Assembly (NCBI GenBank): GCA_030264375.1
Contig: JASCQW010000072.1
Span: 27,589,049-27,653,048 of the forward strand
Origin: Carcharhinus longimanus
Taxonomy: Eukaryota
DNA length: 64,000 nt
Reading direction: 5' to 3'
Part shown: positions 37,100 through 49,735 of the stretch, piece after piece
Position numbering within the stretch: the stretch's first letter is position 1
How the letters are laid out: each line of letters opens with the position of its first letter
Made by a program: the position numbers and the translations under genes
The notes under the pieces: model-generated
Told to the model about the DNA's origin: nothing
Seen by the model: only the letters and a program-made list of their open reading frames with translations
The model's database searches: none

Positions 37100-37768
37100 C
37101 AAGCACGTTTGATGTGGCTTTTTTGACACAATTCCTGCACATGTCGTCTTTGGACCAACAATCTGCTGTTGAGTGCCTGGATTTTGCAATTTTATGTCCA
37201 CCAGATAGCAATTGTGGAACTGCTTATGTTTGACCAACATTTTCTGAATTCTTGTGCTCAAACTCAACTGTTGAGCTTCTATAGACGTTAATTCCATGGG
37301 TGCAGCAACTTTCAAAGCTTTCCTTTGGGTTAGGTTGTGTTCTGTTAACAATCAACTTTGAATAGCCTCATTCTTTTAGCCATAGACTAATCTCTCTCTA
37401 ATGGTGTCATTCAAGACGTCCCCAAATTCACAGTTTCAGCTAGTGTCTTCAAAGTAGCTAAAAACTGTATGATCCATTCACCTTCTTGTTGATTACACTT
37501 ATGGAACTTAAATCTTACAGTAATGACCAAAGATTTTGGTGACTAGTGGCCCTGTAATATTTTCACTATTTCATACTTGGCTTTTTCAGCTCTACAAGAC
37601 ATCACAGGAGGTTAAAGGTCACCCCGCCAGCTATGCTCAGGAAAGATGAAACTAACGTCTCTGCCATTATCTTGTTCACTTGGACAAGATAGTTGAAGTG
37701 TTCTGTAAATGAGCTCCATCACTTTGTAGTCTCATCAAAAAGTCCAGGGTGCCAAAAACTCTTGCCAT
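37100..37768 (-). pseudogene. gag: Gypsy gag relic
   Basis: WSSFTEHFNY..FLSIAG..RFKFHKCNQQEGE..LKTLAE.CEFGDVLNDTIRERLV..LLTEHNLTQRKALKVA, with stops and frameshifts. Confidence 0.85.
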
Positions 37769-38179
37769 TTTTACTGTGGAAAGGGTCTACAGGATCACAA
37801 TGGACCACAAATTTTCAGCACTATCTTCCTTCTTTTCTCCCCAGAACAAGGCAAACTTAAGCTCAGCGGGCCTTCCTTTGTGTTTTAGAACACCCCCTGT
37901 TGTTGCAGGGTATTTGCTATCCAGCTTGTTCCCAATGTTGCTACAGATCTTTTAAGTCAGAGCACATGACAAGCTCCTTTCGAAAGTTGCTTTCTCTTCG
38001 ATTATTTTTTGGTTCCTCCAATGGCTGCGACCACTATTCGGCACGCCTCCATCGCCAGTTTTCGTGTAGCGATGATTTTAATCATCGACTCTTTTGTTGA
38101 ATGTCTACAATGCTGTTGGACTTTTTCAGGTCTTTTCTTTTGGATGGCTGCAAGTTGGTCTGAGCCTCTTGTTACCAGT

Positions 38180-38376
38180 TTTCTATCTGGTGGTTTTAAA
38201 AGATAGGTTGAAGGCCTCGAAGATTTATTGAAAGGCTGCAAAGATAGGCTGCCCGTTTGCCCATGCAAACAACCAATGGCATCATCAGTGATGTTGTGAT
38301 TGGTGTCTTAACGTGCCCCTGTTCCACGGCAAAGCTGCTAGTAAGGAAACACTGGAAATAATATGAATACATAACA
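38180..38376 (-). repeat. 5' LTR of Gypsy element
   Basis: Begins TGTTATGTATTCAT on the minus strand (3' LTR: TGTTGTGTATTCAT); inner boundary approximate. Confidence 0.75.
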
Positions 38377-38380
38377 AATA

Positions 38381-38545
38381 TTATTCACTTATTGAATATG
38401 ACATGGAAACTTGCTGTGGGCAAATTGGCTGCCATACTTCCTACATTACACCAGTGATGAGACTTCAAAAAACACTTCATTCTGCAAGCATTCTATGATG
38501 TCTGGTGGACATAAAAAGTGCTATTAAATTGAAAATCTCCCTTCC
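38381..38545 (+). mobile_element. DeuSINE (SacSINE1-like) 3' fragment
   Basis: CTTGCTGTGGGCAAATTGGCTGCC..TTCCTACATTACACCAGTGA..CTTCAAAA..ACTTCATT; homologous to 53062-53200 in reverse. Confidence 0.7.
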
Positions 38546-40376
38546 TTTTAATCTCTGAAAGGATACTGAATTTCTATAATTTTTTTCTGATAGACAAAAG
38601 GAAATACCAAGTCTTCAGACCATATATTTCAGGTTGACGTGCTAATTGTTTGTCAGGAGGGCAGAATACACAAAAGGCACAGTGAAAAATACTTAAATGT
38701 TGGACTATATGCTTCAAATCATTACAAGTTACAAACTGTTCTGGACATGTAAAGAGTGCAGTGAAATAAGTAAGAGAAGGATATAAAACACCAGTTTGGT
38801 TACATGGTTGTCTTTGGTGTCCAAGTTGGCACAATATCTGATAAAAAAAAGGTATCCTTCACAATTAATCAAAAGTGCTCTATTTTGGATTAATTGATGC
38901 AGTTCCAACCAGAGACAAAAGGAATTTGTAAATGTAAATAACTTCAAAAACAATGAGCCTAATCAAACAAGATTTGACTTAATTAGATTTGGAACTCAGA
39001 CAGCTGTTATGAGTTCACTTTATGACTCAGAAACCAATTATTTCTTTCAAATTTTCAGTAAGCTCTCATAGCTGCACTTCAGCTTGCCAGCACCTTTACC
39101 TGACTAAAAATTCAATGAAAGAAATCAAATGCAGCAACATCTTTTATGAAGGATGATGGAGCCTCACATCTGTCAAAACAATTACTGTGTGTATTATATT
39201 CACAATGACAACATTTGGATTATCTTCTTTATAAACTGCAAAACAGTAAGCCAGATATTAAGAAGAATTGATTTGAGATTACCACTGCCCTGTTGCTAGA
39301 CATTATAGAACTGCTTTCGTCCCCATCATAGCAGTTAATTCAGAGAGGGCTATGCGGCAGTACAAAAGATATAGACCATAGAAACTGAGAAGCATTTGAA
39401 ATTATTTACTCCTTTAAAGAAAAACTTTAAAAAATGTGAAATTGAGAAGATAGTACTTATTTTTTATAAAATCACCACCTCCAATAGACTACCATAATAT
39501 CAATTCAAATTAGGATATGATTCCATTCGAACAGCCATCTAATACCTCACTTAAATGATCTTTCTTCCTGTGGGAGTCAAAACAGTGGATGTGGACTGGC
39601 TATTGAATTATGGCAGCTTTACTTCACAATCATTTGAGTGCATTTTCTAGCAGCGAGTTTCACTGCATAGAAAATAAGAGCAGGAATTTAGACTAGTTCT
39701 TTCTCTCACTGCCATCCCAATGGAGATCAACGAACGAAGTTCAAATTAAGCTCCAACCTGAAGCAGTCTTTACACAACACTACACAGTAAGTTAATCCAT
39801 CAACCGTCAAGTATTATCTTAGACCTTGCCTTGGGAACAATGGCGAGGCTAACAGTGCTCATTGTTACATTGGATTGAATCAAACAGCAACCTGGGCGAT
39901 TAAAAGTGGAATTCTGGAAGTTGTTGTATGGGCTACCCTACCCTGCTCCTCCATGGACCACTTTATAAGAATACTTCACCGTAGGTTCGGCACCGAAACC
40001 GATGAAGTTGCTCTACTTACCCACTAATTACTCTCTTAACATGATAGAAAACATTAGGGGTGGTTCATTCACATATAATTGTTTTTCATAGTGTAATAAA
40101 TCATAATTTCTGCCAACTTTTCTGCTATGTAAAATTACCTTTTGCAAGTATGGGACTTCATTCCTTCAAAACCTAATTACAGATGGTGTTTTTTTTATCT
40201 TTTTCATCTCTCTTGTTCTCTTAACTTCATCTTTCTTCCCCCTTTGTTTTGCTTTGTGTACAAGATTTAATCAAATTTATTATTCCTGATTTATTCCAAT
40301 GGCTTCACCGCTGTATGGCTTCATGAGAATTCTTCAATCTGATTAGCGAAAGATCCAAAGGTATGTNNNNNNNNNN

Positions 40377-40547
40377 TGCTAAAATTGCCCCTTAGTGTCC
40401 TGAGATGTGTAGGTTAGAGGGATGAGTGGGTAAAACATGTAGAGATATGTGGGTAGGGCCTGGGTGGAATTGTGGTCAGTGCAGACACGATGGGCCAAAT
40501 GGCCTCTTTCTGTACTGTAGGGATTCTATGGTTCTGTTCTTCTATGA
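40377..40547 (+). mobile_element. HE1 SINE 3' part (CR1-type tail)
   Basis: AAATTGCCCCTTAGTGTCC...GATGGGCCAAATGGCCTC..TGTAGGGATTCTATG. Confidence 0.85.
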
Positions 40548-40776
40548 TCTTCACTGCTTGTTGTTCTGTTTCCACATGCCACAGATCCCCTGTAGAGGAG
40601 GGTTCTATGCTGGATCAGACATCCAATGCCAGCAAGTTATGCTTGAAACCTTATGAAAACATTGTGGGCAGCTGTCAATGTAGTGAATGGCAAGCGCTAT
40701 TTCTTCTTCATCTCAGACTCCAAAATTTGGGCCAATATGTGCAAAAGTTAATGGAGCTAATTTAAGTCACATACAT

Positions 40777-41248
40777 TTAAAGTTTATTTATTCCTGTTAG
40801 GTTGGCTGGCCATTCCAAATTGCCCTTTAGTGTCCTGGAATGTGGAGGTTAGAGGGATTAGCTAGGTAAATGTGTGGGGTTGTGGGGATAGGACGTGGGG
40901 TGGGAATGTTGTTGGTGCGGACTTGATGGGCCAAGTGGCCTCCTTCTGCACTGTCAGGTTTCTAATGAAAAAAATTACACTGCAATGAACTTACTGCAAA
41001 AATCCCCTACTCACCACACACAGGCAGCTATTCGGGTACACTGAGGGAGAACTTAGCCTGGTCAATGCACCTATAGACTAGCAGGTCTTTTTGTCTGTGG
41101 GAAAAAACTGGAGCACCTGGAAGAAACCCATGCAGATATGGAGAGAACGTGCAAACTCCAAACAGATAATGACCCAAGCCAGGAATCGAACATGGATGTC
41201 TTGCGTTCTGAAGCAGCAATGCTAACCACTGTGCCACCACGTCACCCC
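40777..41248 (-). mobile_element. V-SINE with tail type B, interrupted by an opposite-strand HE1 fragment
   Basis: Head with TGGCACAGTGG and GTTCGATTCC boxes (41175-41248); tail B at 40977-41010; extreme end TAAAGTTTATTTATT at 40778-40792. Confidence 0.8.
40796..40966 (+). mobile_element. HE1 SINE 3' part (CR1-type tail)
   Basis: GTTAGGTTGGCTGGCCAT..AAATTGCCC..GATGGGCCAAGTGGCCTCCTTCTGCACTGT. Confidence 0.85.
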
Positions 41249-42289
41249 AATGTGATTTAACATTTAGCTCTATTAACATAAAATGAAGAAACCCATTCAT
41301 TCACTTTACAAAATAATGATCAATAGAAATATCAATAAAACCTGTATAAATGGTTTTTTAAATTATTTGTTTTCATATACCTTACAGTATCAAAGACGTT
41401 TTTAATCATTTTGCTTGTGTGGAATTTCTGTAGCATTACAAACAAGTAAATATGTAGGTCATATTCTGCCACTTCTAATGCTGACATCAAATGTTCAAAA
41501 ACAAACAAAATCAACTCTTCCAGAGATTGATCTGGAGAAGGTAATGGTAACACTATAAGTAGGAGAAAAGTAATAATGTCACATGTGACAGGTTAGAACA
41601 GATGTTCAGGTAGACAGTCCGCTTGATTCGAAATGTCGATAGCAATAGCTACAGTGGTACATTACTACACTCATGTTGTCCCAAGGGCAAACATTTTTAG
41701 TCTTTTTCAGGTCATTTGTGTTGAGGGATAACTAAATAGCTATCCCACTGTATGTCAACAATCCACTCCTGGTGCATTTTCTAAATGTATTGACAGTATC
41801 TGTAGAGACATGTGCTACATTACTTGTCCTTGCTGACAAAGCAGGATAGCATCTTTAAGTTGGGGATGGGACAGAATAGGTTTATGTCACAAGTAGAATA
41901 TGATTTTGTTTTACATATTTTTTCAGCATTGATTTGAAAACAGTTACAGTGCATTTTACAAACAGCACAATATGATGAAAAATGATTAAGTGGCACAGCA
42001 ATGTGCTTATAATTATATTTCAAAAATGCCCTTCCGCTGCAATTTGACATGTAGCGTATTTACATTCCTATGTGAAAATGCCAATTTCTTTCCTGTTTTA
42101 CGAACATAATACCAGTTCAGATCTACAAAAAGGTGGAGATCAGCTTCCTTCCACAATTTTTCTTAACTCAATAAGGTTCAAAATGGTGTGAACAATAATA
42201 GCAATGTTATAATAAAAGCATTAGAATGCCCAGAAAACTTCAAAACATTATTTTTTTGTAAATGACAAAGTGGCAACATAGGCTTAATA

Positions 42290-42888
42290 ACATGGTGAGT
42301 GGAGGGGTGGGTGGAAGACAACACCGCTCCCCCCCCCCGCCCCCCAACGTTCCCCAACCCCGGAAACAACACTGGTACAACATGCTGACCTACCACACAG
42401 AACTCTGAGGTAGGTTAATAAGGATCAAGTGGGACTACCGACCTTCACTGGGACGCAAGGCCCACCCTCTATAGCTGCTGGCCAATCTAACCGGCTAAAA
42501 AGTCCATCAGTCCCAGCAGCACCTAAAAAGGTGTCAGTGGCAGATACCAGGACTACCAGAGGAGCAAAAGATCAGAGCTCATGGATCCATGCAGCAGGTA
42601 AATCCAGGGTTTTGGGCTGGTCACACTAATGTTTTATGGTGTGGGTAGTATATTAACAGGATCAACTTCTTTGGCAACAAGCCAAATTGACAGTTGATTA
42701 TTCATTTAAATATGGCAGGCAAGCAGCCAACTAAGCCACCTGCCCACTCCTCATATTATGGCAGAGAGCTCTGAGGTGGGCAGGAAGGTGTTGGAATGTC
42801 ATCTGCCCTATTTCACGTGCCCTTCCTCACCTCCTCAGAAAACAGACCCTTCTGTTCCTTTCACCTGCCGAAAGATAAGTTTCAGCCC
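42290..42888. mobile_element. Decayed Harbinger-type non-autonomous element
   Basis: Ends TAAGTTTCAGCCC; internal GCTGCTGGCCAATC..CAGTCCCAGCAGCA resembles 3650-3690. Confidence 0.45.
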
Positions 42889-42947
42889 CATGCTCTTAGT
42901 GTTTCAGCAGTCGTCTCCTTAAATGTTAGGAAGTATTCGCAAGCTCA

Positions 42948-43398
42948 CAATCATAGAATCCTAACAGTGCAGGAGGAAGCCTCACAACACCAGGTTAAAA
43001 TCCAACCAGTTTATTTGATAGTAATCCCACAAGCTTTCAGAAACGGTGTTCCTGCGTTAGGTGTGGAACATCATTTATGAAAGCTTGTAGGATTACTATC
43101 AATTAAACTGGTTGGAATTTAACCTAGTGTTGAGAGACTTCATACTGTGTTTAGTCCAGTCCAACACCGGCATCTCTACATCATGACTACCATCAACACT
43201 GCAGAAGGAGGCCATTCGGCACATCGAGTCTGCACCGACGACAATCACACCCAGGTTCTATTCCCCATATATTCAACCTGTTAATCCCCTGACACTAAGG
43301 GGCAATTGAGCATGGCCAATCAACCTAACTTGCACATTTTTGGACTGTGGAGGAAACCGGAGCACCTGAAGGAAACACACGCAGATATGGAGAGAACA
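42948..43398 (-). mobile_element. HE1 SINE (CR1-type tail) split by a fold-back element
   Basis: Tail TCATAGAATCCTAACAGTGCAGGAGGA (42951-42977) continues at 43195 with AACACTGCAGAAGGAGGCCATTCGGC and the V-domain. Confidence 0.85.
42978..43194. mobile_element. Penelope-like fold-back short element, copy 2
   Basis: ~63-bp inverted arms (57/63 by hand count; 42977-43039 / 43078-43140), same tail as copy 1, imperfect 15-bp flanking duplication. Confidence 0.8.
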
Positions 43399-43794
43399 AA
43401 ATAAAATAGTTTCACAATTTTTCTCTGGCATTTTGTGGCAATCAGTTTACCACGGGAAGGAAATTCAAATACCCTCTCAGTGAAAAAAAAATTGAGGCGT
43501 ATAAAAGCTGTCTCACTGCTTTCATATTCAAGAAATGTTATGTAGGAAGACTAAAAAGGTAATACAAATAAATAATGTTTGACAGGTGCAAGGAACAGGA
43601 GTTTAAGTATTTAGCATTTACTCTGTACTCAACCTAGTTTCCCAATGTCACCAATTTTAATAAAACTTTTGTGGGACAATTGTAACTTTCTTTCTTTACG
43701 GCCTAACATTAGTATTAAAAACAAACATCCACCAGCACGAGAACACAAAACACCATCACTGCAAAACTTTTTCATCAAATATAGAACCAATGAA

Positions 43795-44092
43795 GGGGCA
43801 GCATGGTGGTATAGTGGTTATACCACCTGCCTCCAACCGTCAGGGACCCAGGTTCAACCCTGGTCTCAGATCACTGTCTGTTCTCCCCGTATCTGCATGG
43901 GTTTCCTCCACGTGCTCCGGTTTCATCCCACAGTCCAAAGATGTGTAGCTTAGGTTGATTGGCCATGCTAAATTTCCCCTTAGTGTCACGTTAAATATGT
44001 GGACTTAAGGGGATAGGGTCTGGATGAGATTGTTGTCGGTGCAGGCTCAATGGACCAAATGGCCTCCTTCTGCACTGTAGGGATTCTATAAT
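43795..44092 (+). mobile_element. Full-length HE1 SINE (CR1-type tail)
   Basis: GGGGCAGCATGGTGGTATAGTGG A-box, GGTTCAACCC B-box, CR1-like tail; flanking ACCAATGAA / ACCAAATGAA. Confidence 0.9.
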
Positions 44093-44991
44093 GGCACCAA
44101 ATGAATATACCTGATTTGGAACTTTCTGTAAATTACAAATAAAGATGTACACAGTTAATAGCCACTCTGATCAAAGGAATGTGTGTTTAAAGAGAAGATT
44201 CGATCAGCCATTGATTTACTCCTTGCACAGTACACTGTACAGTGTTTTCATAATGAAAACAATTAGGATAGGGGAAATTAATAATCTTGAACTGTTCCCA
44301 TTAAAAGGCTTCCGGTATTTTTATGAATGCAAACTAAACTTTCCTGCTTGCTTACAAATTATATTGACTTTGTACTTGTATACAAACAGGCAGAATTATA
44401 TTAATGATTACGATAAAGTACCTTGGAATTTGCATATAATTTAAGACACTGATGTATTTTGTTTTCTTCACTGTGCATTTGAAGGACACTAAAACCATTT
44501 TATATCAAGTGAAGTCTGAATGATTCAATATTTTTATTCCTTTTCTAAAAGCTTCAAACTTGTGAGTTCAGTAAAAGAAAATATACAGCGGGATTGGCAT
44601 TATAACAAAAAAAATGTTGGTTTCCTGTTAATTATGATTAAAAGCAATATTTAAAGTCAATGCAAAGAATCGCTATGTTGAATGAACTTTCCTCCAACTT
44701 GTACATGATTTGAGCTGAGCCAGTGAACGGCAAATGGACAAAACCAAGAATGTCACAAGGCAACAACGCAAAGAGGGACACAGAAAAGGAGCAATAGAAG
44801 GAAAGAAATAAGTAAGGAAAGAAACAAGAAGTAACAAAAAAGAAATACACTGCATGTCAGCATGATTGTGCTGCACTAACAAATTGCAGACATGGGAGTC
44901 GCGAGATTCATCAAGTAAAAGCTCCTGACAATACGAATTTGAAAATCACAAAGAAATAGGATAACAGGAGGGGATAGAAAAGTTTTTTTTA

Positions 44992-45287
44992 AAAAAGCTT
45001 TTTCATTAGTGTCCCAAACAGACTTACATTAACACTGCAATCAAGTTACTGTAAAAATCCCCTAGTCGTCATACTCCAGCGCCTGTTCAGGTACACTGAG
45101 GGAGAATCGAGCACGGCCAAAACGTCTAAATCAACACATCTTTCAGACTGTGGGAGGAAACTGCAGTAGCCAGAAGAAACCCATGCAGACATGGGGAGAA
45201 CATGCAAATTCCACACAGACAGTGACCCAAGGCTGGAATGGAACCTGTGTGTCTGGCACGATGAGGCAGCAATGCTAAGCATTGTGC
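44992..45287 (-). mobile_element. V-SINE with tail type B
   Basis: Minus-strand tail GACTAGGGGATTTTTACAGTAACTTGATTGCAGTGTTAATGTAAGTCTGTTTGGGACACTAATGAAA; same head as 5711-6002. Confidence 0.85.
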
Positions 45288-45849
45288 ATGTGTAGTTTAT
45301 CCACTTACAAAACTATATTTTTTTTAAACTTGTTGAAATTGCAAATAGTTTAAGGTCACAAATAGAATTGTCACTCAGTTGTATAATTTTTGTTCAAATG
45401 GATTCTATTTTATTTTTGACTCTGAGCCATAGAATCCAAAACTGCACGAGGTTCAACTGCACCAGTAAAGGTCTCAGCACAAATAGCTATGCCTGGCATC
45501 ACTGCCCAAGCTTGGGGTGGAGGAGTCATATATGTCTGAGTTCCCACTTTCAACCATCCTTTGCATGCTGCTATTGGCCAAGGAGGAGGTGTGGTTCTAA
45601 CAGTCCTTCATACTGACAGCCAAATTGCACACCGGAAGTATGTATACTTGCGGAAAAGCCTCCCGAATCAGAGTTTTCACCAATAAATCTACACCCAAAG
45701 TAGAAGTTATACCTTTATTAAAGGTAAAGGCAGATCATTGGAATAGAAACAGAAAAGAAAACCTTTTGTACGCACTTTCCATTGAAACCAACATTTTAAA
45801 ATCTAAACACAGAATTGAATGATACATATGTATTCTTCTAAAGTTAGCA

Positions 45850-45998
45850 CTGCTACTTTTTCCCCATAATGTTTGCTGGGAGTTCCTGGCCCTGTCATGG
45901 GGCAGACGGGGGGCATACGACAGGCCAGCCAAAAGTCCACTCACTTTCTGCAGGGCTGGAAGAACCTGGCGGGAGGTGGGACCGCAAAATCTCGGCCA
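45850..45998. mobile_element. Short MITE
   Basis: GC-rich short block ending GCAAAATCTCGGCCA; resembles the 140-bp families. Confidence 0.45.
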
Positions 45999-48453
45999 GT
46001 GTCAAACAGATACTGAGAAAGAACACACAAGGAAAAGTAAATACAGTTAGGAATCGATGAATCTGTTTACCTTGTCAGCATATATTTGTAATCATATGTC
46101 CCATCGTGTACTCATCACTCCTCCAACAGAAGCTGATTCTTCGTTATTATGCTGCTGAGTTTCAGAGCTATTTCCCAAATTCACTTCACTGAGCCAACAC
46201 GCCTGCTCTTCAAAATACACTTAAAAACTTTTCTCTGTTGCTCCAGCCTCCATCCCTACTTACACAGTCTGTTAAGTCTTCTGCTCAGCATCCTTTTCAG
46301 TTCCTTGTAATGCACACCGAACTTTCCTTCCTGTGAAGGACACAATGTAAATGCGCAACTAGCAACTGAAAAGGTTTTGCATTTTGCAAATTAGTCGGTG
46401 ATCCACAGTATGATACTGGATGATGAGTTAAAGTCAATCCTCAAAAAGTGGTCAAGAAAATACATCTTAAATGACAAAAGATTACAGCAAGAAAAATGTC
46501 ACTAAACCATCCAAATGCCATGAAAAAATTTATTTCATATTATACCACAAATGTATGTTGAACTTGTGGCCAGATTTTAATTTTAAGATGCAAAGTTTGG
46601 GTCAGAAAATCTCCTGGTGGGGCAAGTGCCAGGTATTACACCTTCTCCCATTACAAGTAGGGTAGGGGACGGGTCTGAGTTCACATTTTCAATGACAGTT
46701 TTAAGAGGCTATCAAAGGATTAGATGCCTTTGGTATGGTTGCAGATTACAAGTTTGTTTTTACAACAGATTGAATACTTAAGGGGATTTAAAATCTCTGA
46801 GCAGGTTTCATGAATGTTGTTTTCAGTACCAGGTGCTTCTGAGTGAGAATTCTATTGAATTGTTAGAAGTTTAATTTTTTTTTTAATCATTCATCTCCAG
46901 ATGGTTTCTAAGGGCTGCCCGTAATGGAAGCTGGATGAGTGATTATGGAGGTGGCATAAATGGAATGAAATGACATGGGGCCTGTTGAGAGAAAGAGGGC
47001 CCAACAGCCTTTTATAAAAGGAAGCCAAAGTTGCAGATTCACACTCCGTCTCTTCCGCGCGAACAAAAATAGGATCTACCAGGAATGGGAGCAGGATTTT
47101 AAAGGCCTCCAGAACTAGCGAGATTCTATGAAAATCCTGTTCTAGGTCTTCTTGGTTTAACAAATGTAAGTTCATCATTGTGCTTCCCTCCCTATTTTAA
47201 AGCCAACACTTGAAACATCTGGCTAATATACAATTACTACTAAGGATCGTTGATGTTAAAAAATCTACTAGTCACCAAGTGCAATCACAAGACGTATCAA
47301 TCTGTGCCTATGTTATTCTAGTCACAAAGTGAACAGTTCATTTGTATTTTCAACTGATGATTGTTACAATGTTAGAATTGCTGACAAAACAACGCTAACT
47401 AAATCCTGTCTGATGTATAACAATCAACTTGAATATCCTATTCCAAGAATGTGACATGGACAGTATTTTAAATAGCGTACAAAAGGTATAAATTATCAAG
47501 GAATGAATACAAAACTATTTTGTAAACCATTGCAAGCAGATCCTAATATAAACTATACTCTGACAAGATAGAAAATAAACTGATGTTAGAAGGGATGAGC
47601 AATAAAATAATTCCCTTTTAAACAGTTATACCTGAGCATATATTAAACAAACATGCTGCATCAAAATAAACCAATAATCTTGAAATTACAGTTCTTGAAC
47701 TAATCAGAAAACAAAGTTTAACTTCAAAAGAATTTACTTAGCAAAATAATCCATTGTCTGGAAAACTGCATCTCTTCAGCAGGGTCCTAATTACAGTATG
47801 TCATTTTGTATTTTTCATTTCGTAAAATGGTATCTGATATCTATTTGTAATATAACAAAATGAATGTGCGAATTTCTAGNNNNNNNNNNNNNNNNNNNNN
47901 NNNNNNNNNNNNNNNNNNNNNNNNNNNNNNNNNNNNNNNNNNNNNNNNNNNNNNNNNGAAGCTTTGACCATAGAACAATATAATTGTGCCATAACGTCAT
48001 ATGCAAAATTCTTAAAAATCAAAACATGCAAGCAATTCTCAGCTACGTTATTCTAACAATATGCACACGAGATATTACATTTAGGTTCTGATTCACTTAA
48101 CTAGAAGTCAGCTCAAGGGATTTAACACAAGGTTTCTATAAATTAAAAAAATAAAACTAAGGCAGCTACTGGAAAATAACAATACACTTCGATACACAAA
48201 CTATTAACAATCTGAAATTTAATGCAAATCGAATATGGAGCCAAATGGACAAAAGCACAAGTAGAAATGAACAAAACAATCTGAGGAAATGTGCAAATTT
48301 AGATTTTGCAGAAATTTAAAATTATCTTTGTTATAGAAGAATACCAGTTCATTAATGCACCAGCATATTTTAATTACACTTCCTTTCTTTCTCAATAACA
48401 TAATAGTAAATAATAAATAATACAACGTATAAATTGAAAAGAAACACATTTAT

Positions 48454-48455
<2 letters not shown>

Positions 48456-48488
<33 letters not shown>
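48456..48488. repeat. (AC)16 microsatellite
   Basis: Uninterrupted AC run. Confidence 0.95.
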
Positions 48489-48490
<2 letters not shown>

Positions 48491-49149
48491 GGGGCAAATG
48501 AATTCATAAAATTAGAATTGCATTTTCAATGTGACAAGAGTATTTAACTGATTCAATTATACAATAAGGTGCATTGCATTCCTTAAACTGTACAAATAAA
48601 GTGTGAAGCAAGATGTTAAACCATAGAATTTGTAATTGACTTTCCATGAGCAATTGTCATTGCTTGACTTTCTTGTGGATGCATTTGTCACAAGTAACCT
48701 TCCAATGGGGTGGGATTTCATTGTTTTGCAGTATTTTGTGAGCAATCAACATATTTTACATGTGAGCTGTAAGCTACAATACAATATTTTCAAAATTGCA
48801 ATATACTTATATGGATGTCTTAGAAATCTAAATTGATTCTCTGTGGAAGAAGGTAAATGTACAGTTGGAAACTGTATGAACAACTGCTGCTACCTTGAAT
48901 GGCAAGACACAAGTGTGATTCTTCGATTTATTTATCTACAAGACTACTGTGGAAGATAGGAAAAATACCATACAATTAGCACTAAATTGTAAACTTCTTC
49001 TATATTAGTTGTATTCATAATAAAAAGTGTATACAAACAAAACGACCTTGGATGCTCATGGCCAGAGGTAGCAGGACTGGTGGATAAGATTGTTCGGATG
49101 GCACGCAGGATAATTGAGGCATAGAATAGGGCTTATGTCAGAATGCTCC

Positions 49150-49550
49150 CATGAATGGAAAACTTTCGCAAAACGGAAAGACTGGATAGGCTGGGGTCTG
49201 TGTTGGAACAGAAGAGGCTCAGAGGAGATTTTATTGAGGGGTATACAACAATGAGGCCTAGATAAAGTGGAGAGGAAGTACCTATTTGTCCAAGCAGAGA
49301 GGTAGCAGAGCATTTAGAAAATCACAGTGCAATCAAGCAGAGCCAACACTGTTTTATAAAAGGAAAATCATGTTTGACAAAATTATTAAAGTTCTTAGAG
49401 AGTAGAAAACAGAACAGATAAAGATGTAGTGTATTTGAATTTCCAAAAAGCATTTGATAAGATGCCATATAAACGTTTTCTACACAAGTGCTCATGGTAT
49501 TGGGGTAACATATTAGCATAGAGGTGTGGTTAACATGTAGAAAACAGATG
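49150..49550 (+). mobile_element. CR1 LINE fragments
   Basis: LEQRRLRGDFIE and SQHCFIKGKSCLTKLLKFLE..VVYLNFQKAFDKMP CR1 ORF2 motifs. Confidence 0.8.
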
Positions 49551-49660
49551 TGCACCAGGTGAGTCGATCTTCCAGAGGGCAGAGGACCATGCCGAGGTAC
49601 CACCTGGCACCCATGTGACACTAGCTGGGCTAACCCTAGTGCTGGGGGGCAATGCCCAAG

Positions 49661-49735
49661 TAAGAACATAATAAGAACATAAGAAATAGGAGCAGGAGTA
49701 GGCCATCTAGCCCTTCGAGCCTGCCCCGCCATTCA
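49661..49735 (-). mobile_element. Young CR1 3' end abutting a gap
   Basis: One mismatch to 1328-1397 over the shared stretch. Confidence 0.8.

Larger units (their letters stand above)
34054..38376 (-). mobile_element. Decayed Gypsy/Ty3 LTR retrotransposon
   Basis: Two related LTRs, PPT at 34217-34229, PBS-like AACTGGTAACAAGAGG near 38164-38179, gag, RT and RNase H remnants; TSD AATA (34050-34053, 38377-38380). Confidence 0.9.

Noticed and set aside
39972-40008. Small CpG-rich imperfect hairpin
   Set aside because: Too short and bulged for a pre-miRNA; no matching family recognised.
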